In this document: piece after piece, positions 62,965-64,000 of the stretch
Numbering within the stretch: position 1 is the first letter of the stretch
Layout: every line of letters starts with the position of its first letter
DNA from: Lingula anatina
Lineage: Eukaryota > Animalia > Brachiopoda
Direction: 5' to 3'
Length of the DNA: 64,000 bases
Assembly: GCA_051362555.1 (NCBI GenBank)
Contig: CM120644.1
Span: forward strand, 12,236,567-12,300,566
Position numbers and translations under genes: made by a program
The notes under the pieces: generated by a model
Told to the model about the DNA's origin: nothing
Database searches by the model: none
What the model saw: the letters and a program-made list of their open reading frames with translations, nothing else

Positions 62965-64000
62965 ACAGGGAAGAATTATTTTCTTCATTATAGTGATCGA
63001 TAGGTGTGTTTGGTCATTTGTAGTGAGTGTAAAGTGCTGGAAGAGTGGTTGTGTCATTATTAAGGAAGAAATAGAGCAAAAACTCTCTCCACCCCCCTCT
63101 CTCCAAATCCTGTTCTCAGGTGTGCTCTTTGGCCATCTTTAAAGCTGAAATTGGGGGCTTTTATGAAGTGATCTGGGCGCGTATCCAATTTTTTTATAAA
63201 TGACAGGTGTGGTAGATTTATTTTTGACAAATTTTGGAAAAATCGGAGACGGGTCGATCCTGGGTGATTTTGAGTGATTTTTATGAGGTCCGGATATGGC
63301 AGTTTTCTTCAATTTTGACAAGATAGGGAGGAAAAAAATTTTTCTTTCTTGTAGTGATCAGGAGGTGTGTTTGGTCATTTGTAGTGAGTGTAAAGTGCTG
63401 GAAGAGTTATTGTGTTATTAGTAAGGTAGAAATAGAGCAAAAACTCTCTCCACCCACCCCCCTTCTCTCCAAATCCTGTTCACAGGTGTGCTCTTTGGCC
63501 ATCTTTAAAGATGAAATGGGGGGGGGGGGGCTTTAATGAAGTGATTCGGGCAAGTTTCCAATTTTTCTATGAATGTCAGGTGTGGTAGATTTATTTTTGA
63601 CAAATTTTGGAAAAATCGGAGACGGGTCTATCCAGGGTGATTTTGAGTGATTTTTATGAGGTCCGGATATGGCAGTTTTCTTCAATTTTGACAAGATAGG
63701 GAGGAAAAAAATTTTTCTTTCTTGTAGTGATCAGGAGGTGTGTTTGGTCATTTGTAGTGAGTGTAAAGTGCTAAAAGAGTGGTTGTGTCATTATTAAGGA
63801 AGAAATAGAGCAAAAACTCCCTTCATCCCCCCCTCTCTCCAAATTCTGTTCTCAGGTGTGCTCTTTGGTCATCTTTAAAGCTGAATTTGGGGGCTTGAAT
63901 GAAGTGATCTGGGTGCGTTTCCAATTTTTTTATGAACGACAGGAGTGGTAGATTGATTTTTGACACATTTTGGAAAAATCGAAGACGGGTCGATCCTGGG
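62965..64000. repeat. Tandem array of ~360-373-bp units, running off the window end
   Basis: GGTGTGTTTGGTCATTTGTAGTGAGTGTAAAGTGCT at ~63003, 63364, 63737. Confidence 0.9.

Overview
AT-rich, intron-containing animal genomic DNA, probably from a marine invertebrate (an echinoderm is plausible but not provable here). I found no prokaryotic features, rRNA, tRNA or CRISPR. Seven gene models were built by hand from GT/AG sites with phase checks. (1) The last two exons of a + strand short-chain dehydrogenase/reductase (SDR), missed by the ORF track. (2) A complete 7-exon - strand SDR paralogue with a long Pro/acidic tail. (3) A 5-exon uracil-DNA glycosylase. (4, 5) A tandem pair of small secreted Cys-rich proteins built from a repeated module I cannot assign. 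(6) A very large ROCO gene. (7) A secreted PAN-like + fibrinogen-domain (FReD) gene with an apparent frameshift. The standout is the ROCO locus: the two big ORFs splice in frame into one ~2803-aa 'double ROCO' (38 LRR-ROC-COR-CARD-CARD-12 LRR-ROC-COR-CARD-CARD). The fusion lies exactly where a splice donor is missing relative to the other copy. The locus also has a cryptic acceptor that could switch isoforms and a ~570-bp-arm foldback element in its last intron. Non-coding space holds Helentron/HINE-like elements carrying satellite arrays (one ~3.7-kb element occurs twice, ~43.6 kb apart), several MITE families and microsatellites.
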